From assembly GCA_025352225.1 (NCBI GenBank), contig JANXTT010000153.1:6602-70601 (forward strand): a DNA stretch of 64,000 nt, in the 5' to 3' direction. Positions 37,761 through 47,352 of the stretch are shown piece after piece; positions within the stretch are counted from its first letter, which is position 1; each line of letters begins with the position of its first letter. This DNA is from Mucilaginibacter sp. GTDB lineage: Bacteria > Bacteroidota > Bacteroidia > Sphingobacteriales > Sphingobacteriaceae. The notes under the pieces were generated by a model that was given only the letters and a program-made list of their open reading frames with translations, searched no databases and was not told the origin of the DNA. The translations under genes were made by a program, and so were the position numbers.

Positions 37761-38147
37761 CTACTTTAATTTTTGGTTGCGCAAGTTACATAACAAACCA
37801 TAAACTTCAAAGGCTGTATTTAAGAAATATATATATGCAAAATCACTAGCAAAAACCAGTTTATTGACAGGGGTTTTTATGGTAAAAACCAATATAAAAA
37901 TCAGTATTGCCAAGATTTTAAAAACAGTTCCTGCTAAAAAAGCCTGTGCATATAATTCTGGGTTTGCATTATAAATGGTCAATACAGATAAGATGACAAT
38001 AAAAGTAAGCCCCGATATGTATAGAAACAACAGCCAAAAATGAGGTATCAACATATCAAGATTTCCGGAGTACATGAGTATTATAGGCACAACAGCCAGA
38101 GCGGCAACAAAAAACAAGTGAAATAATAAAAAACGATATATCTTCAT
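37761..38147 (-). CDS. small 4-TM membrane protein in the atp operon leader (AtpI-like position), function unknown
   Basis: The ATG at 38147-38145 overlaps the stop of the upstream AtpZ-like gene (ATGA). MKIYRFLLFHLFFVAALAVVPIIL... is hydrophobic throughout. Confidence 0.55.
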   Translation of the reverse strand: MKIYRFLLFHLFFVAALAVVPIILMYSGNLDMLIPHFWLLFLYISGLTFIVILSVLTIYNANPELYAQAFLAGTVFKILAILIFILVFTIKTPVNKLVFASDFAYIYFLNTAFEVYGLLCNLRNQKLK

Positions 38148-38374
38148 TCTTTTAAAGACCGAATCACTATATATAATGAAATTAAAACCCCTGTGAGCGA
38201 AAATAGAGCCGTAATCCAATGCACCTTATTCTGTGTAGCACTGTCAATCCAATATCCTGCATAAGCAAAAACTCCGATTATGGCTATCATCTGAAAAGCA
38301 ACACCGCTATATTTTACATAGTTGTTAATTTGCCGGGGGTTATTATCTTTATCATCGGACTCATTTAGCTGCAT
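38144..38374 (-). CDS. AtpZ/AtpI-family small membrane protein
   Basis: First ATG at 38374 (MQLNESDDKDNNPRQINNYVKYSGVAFQMIAIIGVFAYAGYWID...). Two TM helices. It is the first gene of the atp operon. Confidence 0.7.
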   Translation of the reverse strand: MQLNESDDKDNNPRQINNYVKYSGVAFQMIAIIGVFAYAGYWIDSATQNKVHWITALFSLTGVLISLYIVIRSLKE

Positions 38375-38483
38375 GTGCAAAATTATCTAATCAATTTGAA
38401 TAATGTACATATTTTTGGCCCAAATAATTAATTTATCAAATATCTTTGTTAAACATTTATCATTGTTAAACCAAATATTCATT

Positions 38484-41279
38484 TTGAGGCGTTCACTATC
38501 TTACATCCATAAAAACCTTAATATATTAATACTGGGTTTGTTTATCTCCGGTTGTACACTTGAAAAAGAGAGTGGATTAAATCGTCGTATGCAAAATTTG
38601 ACGGCTCATTATAATATACTGTTTAATGCCAATGATCTTTTAAATCAGAAACAAGAAGCAAGGGCAGCACAATACATTGACGCTTATAACCAAATTTTAA
38701 GTGTTTATCAGGATACAGCCACAAAAAGCACAACTGCTGATAAAGACCTAGAAGCCGCTATAAATAAAGCTAATAATATTATTTCCATTAAAGAACAAAG
38801 CCATTACATTGGTGATGCCTATATGGTTTTAGGTAAAGCAAATTATCTGGAGGCTAACTACTATAACGCAATAGAATTTTTTAGTTATGTAGCACGCTCT
38901 TATTCAAAGCAAAAAAGCCTGGCACAGGATGCCTTAACATGGAAAGCTCGGGCTTTAATGCAAATTGACCAGTTACCATTGGCAAAAATCACTTTGGATA
39001 CTGCCTTACTTAATATTTTTCCAAAACAAAAAAACATAGCCGATGTGTATGCAACCCTGTTGCAATATGATATTTATAAAGAAAAGTATATTGATGCCGA
39101 AGAAATGGCTAAAAAAGCTATTCATTATACACACGATAAAAATCATCGGTTGCGGTGGACATTTATATTGGCCCAATTACAAGAAATTAACAATAAACCC
39201 AATGACGCATATCTGAACTATACAAAAATAGTAAATAGTAACGCCGCGTTTGAAATGGCCTTTAACGCTAGCCTTAACCGCGTCCGGATTGAAGATACGC
39301 ACAATGGAGTGAAATTAAGCCGTATTGACAGGCTACGCAGCTTGTTAAAAGATGATAAAAACAGTGATTTTATTGATCAGATATATTTTCAGATAGGGGA
39401 GCAATACTTGGCACAGAATAATATTGAAGATGCCTTAAAGAACTATGCCCTTGCTATTCGTAAGAGCACTAAAAATCAAAACCAAAAGGGCTTATCTTAT
39501 TTACGCATTGCTGATATTGATTTTAAAAATAAAGCTGATTACGCTGGTGCTAAAAATTATTACGATAGCACATTAACCGCCCTATCAACTAATTATCCGG
39601 GTTATCAAAACATTCTTAAAAAGAGTAATAACTTACAGTTACTTGCCAACAGTTTACAAATTATTGCAAACGAAGACACCTTGCAAATGCTGGCTAAATT
39701 GGACGAAAAGACACGTACAATAAAGGTAAACGAAATGGTGAGACTTAAAATGGCTCAGCAAAAAGCGTTGAGCCTGAGCAGTACGGGCAAAGCCGGAAAC
39801 TTTATTAATACTCAAACCGGATCGGTAAGCAATACCGTTAACAATACTAATAGTACCTTTTATTTTAATAATGTTAGTGCCGTTAGCCAGGGGTTTACAG
39901 ATTTTAAGCGCGTATGGGGTAACCGGCAGCTGGCGGATAACTGGCGCCGTAGTGTAAAATCAAACTCCGAAACAAATAACCCCCAAGTAGCAACCACTAT
40001 TCAAAATTTACAATCAACAGCCGCTGGTAATCAGTTGCAAAATAAATCCATAGATCCGGCTGAAACTAAAGCGCGCCTGGATATAGTTCAGAATATTCCA
40101 CTTACGCAAGCGGGATTATTACAATCCAACATGCACATTTATAACGCTTATGTAGATATAGCTGACTTTTACCGTGATATACTAAATGACCATAAAGAAG
40201 CTATAGTAAATTTCGAATTAATATTGACGAGGTTTTCAAACTCACCTAACAAAGCTGCTATATATTATAATTTATATAGGCTTTACAGCGATATTGATCA
40301 TATCAAGTCGGAAAAGTATAAAAATTTGATCCTTAAAGATTATCCAGAATCAAACTTTGCCAAAGTAATAATTGATCCGGATTTCAACCAAAAGCTAAAT
40401 GATAAAAATGCAGAGTTTACGGCCATTTATAATCAACTATTTGATTTGGTTAGCCATAAAAAGTACACCAAAGCGGCAACCGTCTCTGATAGCCTGATTC
40501 ATATTTATCCTAATAATAGCTTTATAGCTCAGGTATATTATTTAAGGGCCATAGCGTTAGGGCATACTCAAAAGCTAGCACCATTCCGTACAGAATTACA
40601 AGAGATAGCTGATAAATTTCAGGAAGATAGGTTAATAACCCCATTGGTAAAACAACATTTGGATTTTATTAAAAACAACGAAGCAGATATTGCCCAACGG
40701 CGATATGCACTACTTGACAGCGACCCTAATGAAGTGCCGTTTATGCAAGAGAAGTTTACTTATAAATCACCTACATACTACAACCCCGCTAATTTTGCAA
40801 AACCCCAACCCCCAATAAAACAACCTATTGCACAAGCAAGGCCAGCTGTTATTACCCCAGCTATTACAGCTATTAATCCCGCTATTAAACCAGTAGAGGT
40901 AAATAAGGAAGCCCCGTCAATTTTTTCGCTACGCGATAGTGCAAACTATTATTTTGTTATTAATGTAAATACCAATACAATAAATTTGGCCCCATCCCGG
41001 TTTGGCATAGGCCAATTTAACCGGGGTAACTTTCAGGGCAATTCAATTAAACATCAATTAAAACCTATTGGCAATAATCAGCTTATATATGTGGGTATGT
41101 TTAACAATTTAAAAGATGTAAAAGGTTATGCGCGTGCCATTGCCCCGCTGCTGCCAGATATTATGAAAGTACCGGCAGATAAATACACCTTTTTTATCAT
41201 CACCAAAGAAAATCTGGATAAGTTAGCCGACAAAAAAACATTGGACAGTTATTTTGACTTCTACCAAAAAAAATATTAA
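38484..41279 (+). CDS. sprE: TPR-repeat lipoprotein, probable type IX secretion/gliding protein SprE/PorW
   Basis: Lipoprotein signal RRSLSYIHKNLNILILGLFISGC if translation starts at TTG 38484. The ORF opens at ATG 38403 with a non-signal-like leader. The NRRMQNLTAHYNILFNAN motif after the Cys and the many TPR-like repeats resemble F. johnsoniae SprE as I recall it. Confidence 0.55.
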   Translation: MRRSLSYIHKNLNILILGLFISGCTLEKESGLNRRMQNLTAHYNILFNANDLLNQKQEARAAQYIDAYNQILSVYQDTATKSTTADKDLEAAINKANNIISIKEQSHYIGDAYMVLGKANYLEANYYNAIEFFSYVARSYSKQKSLAQDALTWKARALMQIDQLPLAKITLDTALLNIFPKQKNIADVYATLLQYDIYKEKYIDAEEMAKKAIHYTHDKNHRLRWTFILAQLQEINNKPNDAYLNYTKIVNSNAAFEMAFNASLNRVRIEDTHNGVKLSRIDRLRSLLKDDKNSDFIDQIYFQIGEQYLAQNNIEDALKNYALAIRKSTKNQNQKGLSYLRIADIDFKNKADYAGAKNYYDSTLTALSTNYPGYQNILKKSNNLQLLANSLQIIANEDTLQMLAKLDEKTRTIKVNEMVRLKMAQQKALSLSSTGKAGNFINTQTGSVSNTVNNTNSTFYFNNVSAVSQGFTDFKRVWGNRQLADNWRRSVKSNSETNNPQVATTIQNLQSTAAGNQLQNKSIDPAETKARLDIVQNIPLTQAGLLQSNMHIYNAYVDIADFYRDILNDHKEAIVNFELILTRFSNSPNKAAIYYNLYRLYSDIDHIKSEKYKNLILKDYPESNFAKVIIDPDFNQKLNDKNAEFTAIYNQLFDLVSHKKYTKAATVSDSLIHIYPNNSFIAQVYYLRAIALGHTQKLAPFRTELQEIADKFQEDRLITPLVKQHLDFIKNNEADIAQRRYALLDSDPNEVPFMQEKFTYKSPTYYNPANFAKPQPPIKQPIAQARPAVITPAITAINPAIKPVEVNKEAPSIFSLRDSANYYFVINVNTNTINLAPSRFGIGQFNRGNFQGNSIKHQLKPIGNNQLIYVGMFNNLKDVKGYARAIAPLLPDIMKVPADKYTFFIITKENLDKLADKKTLDSYFDFYQKKY

Positions 41280-41281
41280 TT

Positions 41282-43543
41282 ATGTGGACAAAAAACCCTA
41301 ACCATAAAAACACCAGCCTTACGCCCGAAGATATTCGACGATATAATTTTATGGTATGGAAGTTTATTATCGGTTGCTTTGCCTTTGTCATTTTAATGGT
41401 AACGCTTGCATCATTAGAATTATTCGGCAAATTACCTTCCTTCCGCGACCTTGAAAATCCCAAAAGTAACCAGGCCTCGCAAATTATATCTTCTGATAAA
41501 GAACTTTTAGGAACCTATTATGTAGAAAACAGATCTAATGTAAGCTATAAACAAATATCGCCAACTGTTCTTAACGCCTTAATTGCTACCGAAGATAAAC
41601 GCTTTAAGGATCATTCTGGAATTGACTTCCGAAGATTATTTACTATTATATTTCATACCATGATAGGTAGTAAACAAGGTGGCAGCACAATTACACAACA
41701 ATTAGCATTAAATTTATTTTCCGAGAAGGGCCGTGAACATTCATTCATCAAGCGAATTCCACAAAAATTGCAAGAATGGATAACCGCGGTAAGGTTAGAA
41801 CGCCGCTATACTAAGGAAGAAATTATTACCATGTACCTTAATACAGTTGATTTTGGTGCATTTAAAACATTTGGCATTAAGTCGGCTGCCCGAACATATT
41901 TTAACACCTCTCCTGATAAATTATCGCCTGAACAAGCTGCTTTATTGGTTGGGATGATAAATGCCCCCAGCAGGTTTTCACCTACAAGCCACCCGGACAA
42001 GGCGCTTGCCCGCCGAAATATAGTATTAAGCCGAATGGCGACAGCTGGATTTTTAAGCGATGGCCAGGCAGAAGAATTTAAACATAAGCCCTTGGGATTG
42101 GATTTTAACCCTACTGATCATAATGAAGGAATAGCCACGTATTTCAGGGACGTATTGAGAAGGGATGTACAAAAAATACTAGACGACCCGTCTTTTTATA
42201 AATCCGATAATACATCGTACGATATTGATCGTGATGGATTGAAAATATATACCACCATCAACTCAACTATGCAAGATTATGCAGAAGAAGCTCAAAAAGA
42301 GTACATGCGCAATTTACAGGCCCAATTTAATGCACACTGGAAAGGTATAAGCCGATGGAAAACTATTTCAAATTTTAAATTATTGATGGATCAGGGTATG
42401 CGCCGATCCGACAGGTATAAGGAATTAAAAGAACAAGGCAAATCTGATGAAGAGATTAAAGCCGATTTTGATACACCTGCAAAAATGAATTTATTTACAT
42501 GGAAAGGTAACATTGATACCATTATGAAGCCCATAGATTCTATTGTGTATTGTAAAATGTTGTTGCGGAATTCATTAATGAGCATGGATCCCACCACTGG
42601 CGAAATTAAAGCTTGGGTAGGTGGTATAAATTTTGAACATTTTAAATACGATCAGGTAAAACGGGGAACGCGACAGGTAGGATCAACTGCTAAACCGTTT
42701 ACTTATTCGGTTGCGATTGATAATGGTTACTCTCCATGCATGGTTATACCGAATGTTCCGGTAACTATTACGGGTTATGGAGCAGATTATACACCTGGTT
42801 CTTCAGATACTCGCCAGGGTAATTTAACCTTAAGGGATGCCTTGGCGTGGTCACAAAATTGGATAACTGCGGCGGTAATGAAAGAAGTAGGCCCAGTTGC
42901 AGTGGCAAAATTAATTAAAACTATGGGCATCACCAGTGATGTCCCCCCATATCCTTCAATATGCCTGGGTACTTTTAACGCATCTGTTTATGATATGACC
43001 GGTGCTTATTCGGCTTTTGCCAACCATGGTTTATGGACGGAACCTACCTACTTGCTACGCATTGAAGATAAAAATGGAAACCCAATATATGAGCATAAAC
43101 CTAAAGTAGTACAGGCACTAAATGAGCAAACCGCTTATGTAATGACCTATATGCTTAAAGGAGTAATTGAAAATGGAACAGGCGGCAGGATGCGTTATAA
43201 ATATGGATTAAACAACCCCGTTGGTGGCAAAACAGGCACCACGCAAAACAACTCCGATGGATGGTTTATTGGGATCACCCCCCAACTGGTTACCGGGGTA
43301 TGGACAGGCTGTGAAGACCCGGATATACATTTCCGCTCTACCTATTTAGGTGAAGGTGCAAACACCGCTTTACCCATTTTTGCCTTATATATGAAAAAAG
43401 TATATGCTAACACCGAACTGGGTATAAAAAAGAATATCGACTTTGACGCGCCTAAAGAACCATTAAAAATCACTTTAGATTGTAATGCATACAACCAGCA
43501 ACAACCTGGAACCACAGAGGCCGATAAAAAATTAACTTTTTAG
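41282..43543 (+). CDS. class A penicillin-binding protein (PBP1A; glycosyltransferase + transpeptidase)
   Basis: GT51 motifs EDKRFKDHSGID and GGSTITQQLA. Transpeptidase motifs STAKP, SQN and KTGTT. 753 aa. Confidence 0.92.
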   Translation: MWTKNPNHKNTSLTPEDIRRYNFMVWKFIIGCFAFVILMVTLASLELFGKLPSFRDLENPKSNQASQIISSDKELLGTYYVENRSNVSYKQISPTVLNALIATEDKRFKDHSGIDFRRLFTIIFHTMIGSKQGGSTITQQLALNLFSEKGREHSFIKRIPQKLQEWITAVRLERRYTKEEIITMYLNTVDFGAFKTFGIKSAARTYFNTSPDKLSPEQAALLVGMINAPSRFSPTSHPDKALARRNIVLSRMATAGFLSDGQAEEFKHKPLGLDFNPTDHNEGIATYFRDVLRRDVQKILDDPSFYKSDNTSYDIDRDGLKIYTTINSTMQDYAEEAQKEYMRNLQAQFNAHWKGISRWKTISNFKLLMDQGMRRSDRYKELKEQGKSDEEIKADFDTPAKMNLFTWKGNIDTIMKPIDSIVYCKMLLRNSLMSMDPTTGEIKAWVGGINFEHFKYDQVKRGTRQVGSTAKPFTYSVAIDNGYSPCMVIPNVPVTITGYGADYTPGSSDTRQGNLTLRDALAWSQNWITAAVMKEVGPVAVAKLIKTMGITSDVPPYPSICLGTFNASVYDMTGAYSAFANHGLWTEPTYLLRIEDKNGNPIYEHKPKVVQALNEQTAYVMTYMLKGVIENGTGGRMRYKYGLNNPVGGKTGTTQNNSDGWFIGITPQLVTGVWTGCEDPDIHFRSTYLGEGANTALPIFALYMKKVYANTELGIKKNIDFDAPKEPLKITLDCNAYNQQQPGTTEADKKLTF

Positions 43544-43563
43544 GATAAGGATACGATAAGGCA

Positions 43564-43932
43564 TTAATTACACATGTCCTGTGGTATCTGCTTGGTAATT
43601 TTTATTAGTTTTTTAATAACCAATATACTGTCGTATTCTGTATCTAGCGCATCGGTTTTAGTAGTCTTTATCTTTCTGCCTTCTACCTCAACATATACCG
43701 GCTCGTATGGTTTTTCAAAATTTAGTTGCGAATATTTAAGCTCCAGATTAGATGAACTATCAGTGGCCCAAAATTCATTGCCGGTTGTACATTCTTTAAA
43801 TAACTTTACTTCGGGGCCGAAACTATACAATCCTTTATATATAACAGGCTTTTGGCCGCTATTACCTATTCTGTTACAGCTACATACTGTAAACATTATT
43901 ACCCCAATTAATAAGATTAATTTTAATTTCAT
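43564..43932 (-). CDS. small lipoprotein, function unknown
   Basis: Lipobox IMFTVCSC. 122 aa. I recognise no family confidently. Confidence 0.55.
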   Translation of the reverse strand: MKLKLILLIGVIMFTVCSCNRIGNSGQKPVIYKGLYSFGPEVKLFKECTTGNEFWATDSSSNLELKYSQLNFEKPYEPVYVEVEGRKIKTTKTDALDTEYDSILVIKKLIKITKQIPQDMCN

Positions 43933-43944
43933 CCAATTACAAAT

Positions 43945-45171
43945 CTACAAATCCTGTTTGATTTCGTCTAACCCTTCCACACTAAGTCTTGCGCTTATAC
44001 CCGAGGCAACAACAGCAATTGTGCTGACAGTTAAGAATACTAGTATAAAGTCGTTTATCTTCAACCCTATAGGATATGCATCAAGAACTGTGCCCGCGCT
44101 GCCCATTTTAATAAACCCAATACGCTGCTGAAGCAGACAAAAAATCAAGCCCAATATAATTCCGGACGCACATCCTATCATAGATATTAGCATTCCTTCA
44201 ATAAAAAAAACACCTTGTATTAACCGCCTACCGGCACCCAAACTAGTTAAAATGGCAATATCCTTACGCTTATCTATAACTAGCATGGTTAATGAGCCAA
44301 CAATATTAAAAATAGCAATTATTAATACAAATGTTAGTATTAAGTAAACGGCCCATTTTTCTGTAGTTAAAATTTTATATAACGAAGTATTTTGTTCATA
44401 TCTGTCGTTAACTGTAAAATCATGCCCTATCTTATCTTTAATATCATTTTTTATTACTTCAATATTAGTCCCGTTCTTAAAATTAAGCTCAATAGCCGAC
44501 ACATTTTTAGGCTGACCAAGTAATTCGCGTGTAAATTCAATTGGTGTAACTACAATATCATCAAAATCTTGCTGAATAGAAAATACGCCGGAAGGATAAA
44601 TATACTTAACTACAAATTCATTAATGGGATTACTAGCGTCAACTACGTTCCTGTTTGGCGAATATATCTGCAACGCGGTTAGCTGATCTTTAACATTGAT
44701 AGATAGGCTGGATTGTACAATAGACCCAATAACTGCCGACGGCCGGCCTTGATTATGAACAGTGAAAGATCCGTTTTGTATGGTACTATCCAAATTTTTA
44801 TTGTTTAAAAACTCATCGCTTACACCTTTTATAGTGCTTATCACTTGCCTGTCGCCATATTTAACCAATGCTTTTTCTTCCAATACTTCGGCATACGAAA
44901 ACAATGCGGTATTTTTATGAAGCGTGTAAAAATAAGTTGTATTAGGATTAAAGGTTTTGCCAAGCCTGGGCTGTATTTTTATTTGAGGCGTAAAATTACT
45001 ATAAAGCTTCAGAATAACTTTTTCGAAACCATTAAAAACCGATAATATAATGATTAGGGCTGCACTACCAATAAAAACACCAAGCATAGAAATGCCCGAA
45101 ATTATATTAATGGCATGGATGCTCTTTTGCGAAAAAAGGTACCGCTTAGCTATATATATCGAAGTATTCAA
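43945..45171 (-). CDS. FtsX-like ABC permease (LolC/LolE family)
   Basis: 408 aa. TM1, a large periplasmic MacB-like domain, then three C-terminal TM helices. N-terminal IAKRYLFSQKSIHAINIISGISMLGV is typical of LolE. Confidence 0.85.
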   Translation of the reverse strand: MNTSIYIAKRYLFSQKSIHAINIISGISMLGVFIGSAALIIILSVFNGFEKVILKLYSNFTPQIKIQPRLGKTFNPNTTYFYTLHKNTALFSYAEVLEEKALVKYGDRQVISTIKGVSDEFLNNKNLDSTIQNGSFTVHNQGRPSAVIGSIVQSSLSINVKDQLTALQIYSPNRNVVDASNPINEFVVKYIYPSGVFSIQQDFDDIVVTPIEFTRELLGQPKNVSAIELNFKNGTNIEVIKNDIKDKIGHDFTVNDRYEQNTSLYKILTTEKWAVYLILTFVLIIAIFNIVGSLTMLVIDKRKDIAILTSLGAGRRLIQGVFFIEGMLISMIGCASGIILGLIFCLLQQRIGFIKMGSAGTVLDAYPIGLKINDFILVFLTVSTIAVVASGISARLSVEGLDEIKQDL

Positions 45172-45186
45172 TCTTACTATAATTAA

Positions 45187-45825
45187 CTACGTAAAAAATG
45201 GATTATGTAATTTTTCATAACCTATGGTAGTTTCAGGGCCATGCCCGGGATAAACAGTACACTCATCAGGCAAAACAAACAGCTTTTGTTGTATATTGTT
45301 AAGTAACTGCTTAAAATCCCCTCCCGGTAAGTCGCTACGGCCTATACTCCCTTTAAAAAGAACATCCCCACCTACTAAAAAATTTTCGTCACGGGCATAA
45401 AAACATAAATGAGCCGGCGAATGTCCAGGTGCAAAAATAAGTTCAAGTTGGCTTTTACCTATATTTATACTTCCGGTTTCCGGTAAAAAAGTATCCGGCA
45501 TTGGCGATAGTTCATATCTGAAACCCATTTGAGGCGCATATCCAGGGATTGATTCTAACACGCCAAGCTCCCCTTTATTAAACTGAGGCTTTAATCCATA
45601 CTGATCAAAAACAAATTTATTACCCAGCACATGATCGATATGGCAATGCGTGTTGAGCAGCAAAACGGGCTTCAGTTTATTATCCTTAATAAAATTTACA
45701 ACAACGTTTTGCTCGGACGCGGTATACATACCAGGGTCAATAATAGCACAATCGCTGTTATCATCATAAACAACGTAGGTATTTTCCTGATAAGGGTTAT
45801 TTATAAAGGCCTTTAACTTTAACAT
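45187..45825 (-). CDS. MBL-fold metallo-hydrolase (glyoxalase II-like)
   Basis: HxHxDH motif THCHIDH, plus GHSPAH and later GD/H ligands. 212 aa. Confidence 0.85.
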   Translation of the reverse strand: MLKLKAFINNPYQENTYVVYDDNSDCAIIDPGMYTASEQNVVVNFIKDNKLKPVLLLNTHCHIDHVLGNKFVFDQYGLKPQFNKGELGVLESIPGYAPQMGFRYELSPMPDTFLPETGSINIGKSQLELIFAPGHSPAHLCFYARDENFLVGGDVLFKGSIGRSDLPGGDFKQLLNNIQQKLFVLPDECTVYPGHGPETTIGYEKLHNPFFT

Positions 45826-45885
45826 AAGTCAAAAGTAAACAATTATGTCTTCAATGGCGATGTTTGCTTTGTTCACTCAATCCAC

Positions 45886-46464
45886 CTATTTTTTCCACCT
45901 AAAACTCTTGATCATCACATCCATATCCTTTTTAATGAAATTGAGCACCGGTTGTATAGAATCAAGCCGGGGTTCAGTCCCGAAATAAAGTGCGCCACGC
46001 AAATAGTGATGGGTACTATCTGTTAAAAAGAATTGGGCAGACGAGGCTGCGTTTCCATCAATTGTGTAATAAATGCCATAGAGCTTTCTGTCGGGATACG
46101 AAATCGCTCCTTCATCAATTGAACTGGCCTTTACAGTATGCTTAAAAGCAAAAGTATGGGCATCCTCAATTAAAGTATTAAACATTTTTTTGGAAGTAAT
46201 ACGCTCATAACTTAAGTGTAGCGTCCCGTTAAATTGAGGGAACCTGACATTTAGCCAGCATGGCTTTGAACCACGCATTTGATCGGGTTCTATAATTGCA
46301 TATTTGGGGTATTCAAAAACAAAGGGGCAGCCTCCTGTATATTCCTGATAGGCTTTAGTTGGAAATGTAATCCTGAAATACCCTCGCGGCTTTGGAGAAT
46401 AATCATGATTACGGCATGACGCAAATAACGTAATTAACCCACAAATTAAGTATATGCCCCTCAT
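45886..46464 (-). CDS. gldD: gliding motility lipoprotein GldD
   Basis: Lipobox LFASC, then PKPRGYFRITFP..., KPCWLNVRFP, GNAASSAQFFLTDSTHHYLRGALYF and a C-terminal ...FRWKK. These are collinear with my recollection of F. johnsoniae GldD. Confidence 0.8.
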   Translation of the reverse strand: MRGIYLICGLITLFASCRNHDYSPKPRGYFRITFPTKAYQEYTGGCPFVFEYPKYAIIEPDQMRGSKPCWLNVRFPQFNGTLHLSYERITSKKMFNTLIEDAHTFAFKHTVKASSIDEGAISYPDRKLYGIYYTIDGNAASSAQFFLTDSTHHYLRGALYFGTEPRLDSIQPVLNFIKKDMDVMIKSFRWKK

Positions 46465-47261
46465 TATTGCTTATCTTTTGAAGTCCATATTTCCCAGGCT
46501 TTTTCTGCCTGTAAAACAAGCATTTCGTACCCGTTTTTTATAGTAGCCCCTTTTTCCAGGCCTTTGGATAAAAACAGAGTTTGTTCCGGGTTGTAGATCA
46601 GGTCAAACAGTATATGTGCACTGGTGATAAACTCATAGGGTATTGGCGGACATTCATCAAAATTCGGATAGGTGCCAACTGGTGTGGTATTGATGATTAG
46701 CTTATGTTCGTTAAAGTGAATTGCTGTTAATTCGTTAAATAGCAGCGTGTCCGGATCGGGCTTACGGGTAACAATGATATAAGTTATACCCAATCGATCT
46801 AACACATATTTTACTGCCTTAGCAGCTCCCCCGTTACCTAATATCATCGCTTTTTGATGGGTGCTTTTTAACAGGGGGCGTAATGACATTTCGAAGCCAT
46901 ATACATCTGTATTATATCCTTCTAATCTAAAATCATACCTCTTTATGCCCACCTCACCCGTTAATGCTGCCATTACAGGGCTTTCAGAGGAAATACTGAT
47001 ACAGTTTACGGCTCCTACCTGCTTGGCATCATCAGCTATCCAGTCCAGTTGATGCATCACGTTTATTTTATGCGGAATGGTTACATTAAGGCCACATAAA
47101 TCAGGATGCTCTTGCAATAATTTTGAAAGTTGTTCTATTTTTTCTATCGGGAAAAGCTCATATGTACAATTATCAAGGTTTTCTTTTTCAAACTTCTCAC
47201 CAAAATACTTTTTGGAGAATGAATGTGAAAGTGGATAACCTATAAGCCCGAATTTTTTCAT
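46464..47261 (-). CDS. aroE: shikimate dehydrogenase
   Basis: FGLIGYPLSHSFSKKYF ... NVTIPHK ... GAVNC ... GYNTD ... ILGNGGAAKAV. 265 aa. Confidence 0.9.
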   Translation of the reverse strand: MKKFGLIGYPLSHSFSKKYFGEKFEKENLDNCTYELFPIEKIEQLSKLLQEHPDLCGLNVTIPHKINVMHQLDWIADDAKQVGAVNCISISSESPVMAALTGEVGIKRYDFRLEGYNTDVYGFEMSLRPLLKSTHQKAMILGNGGAAKAVKYVLDRLGITYIIVTRKPDPDTLLFNELTAIHFNEHKLIINTTPVGTYPNFDECPPIPYEFITSAHILFDLIYNPEQTLFLSKGLEKGATIKNGYEMLVLQAEKAWEIWTSKDKQ

Positions 47262-47352
47262 TGATTTGGATTGTACTAATATTTAGTTATGATTGAAATG
47301 GTATATAACTTATGCAGCGGCATAAGTGAAAGCGCAATTAAGTCGCATGCAA

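Noticed and set aside
43574-44131. 185-aa plus-strand ORF overlapping the small lipoprotein gene and the 3-prime end of the LolE-like gene.
   Set aside because: It is antisense to two well-supported minus-strand genes. The product is low-complexity and S/L/I-rich with no recognisable motif, typical of a shadow ORF in AT-rich DNA.
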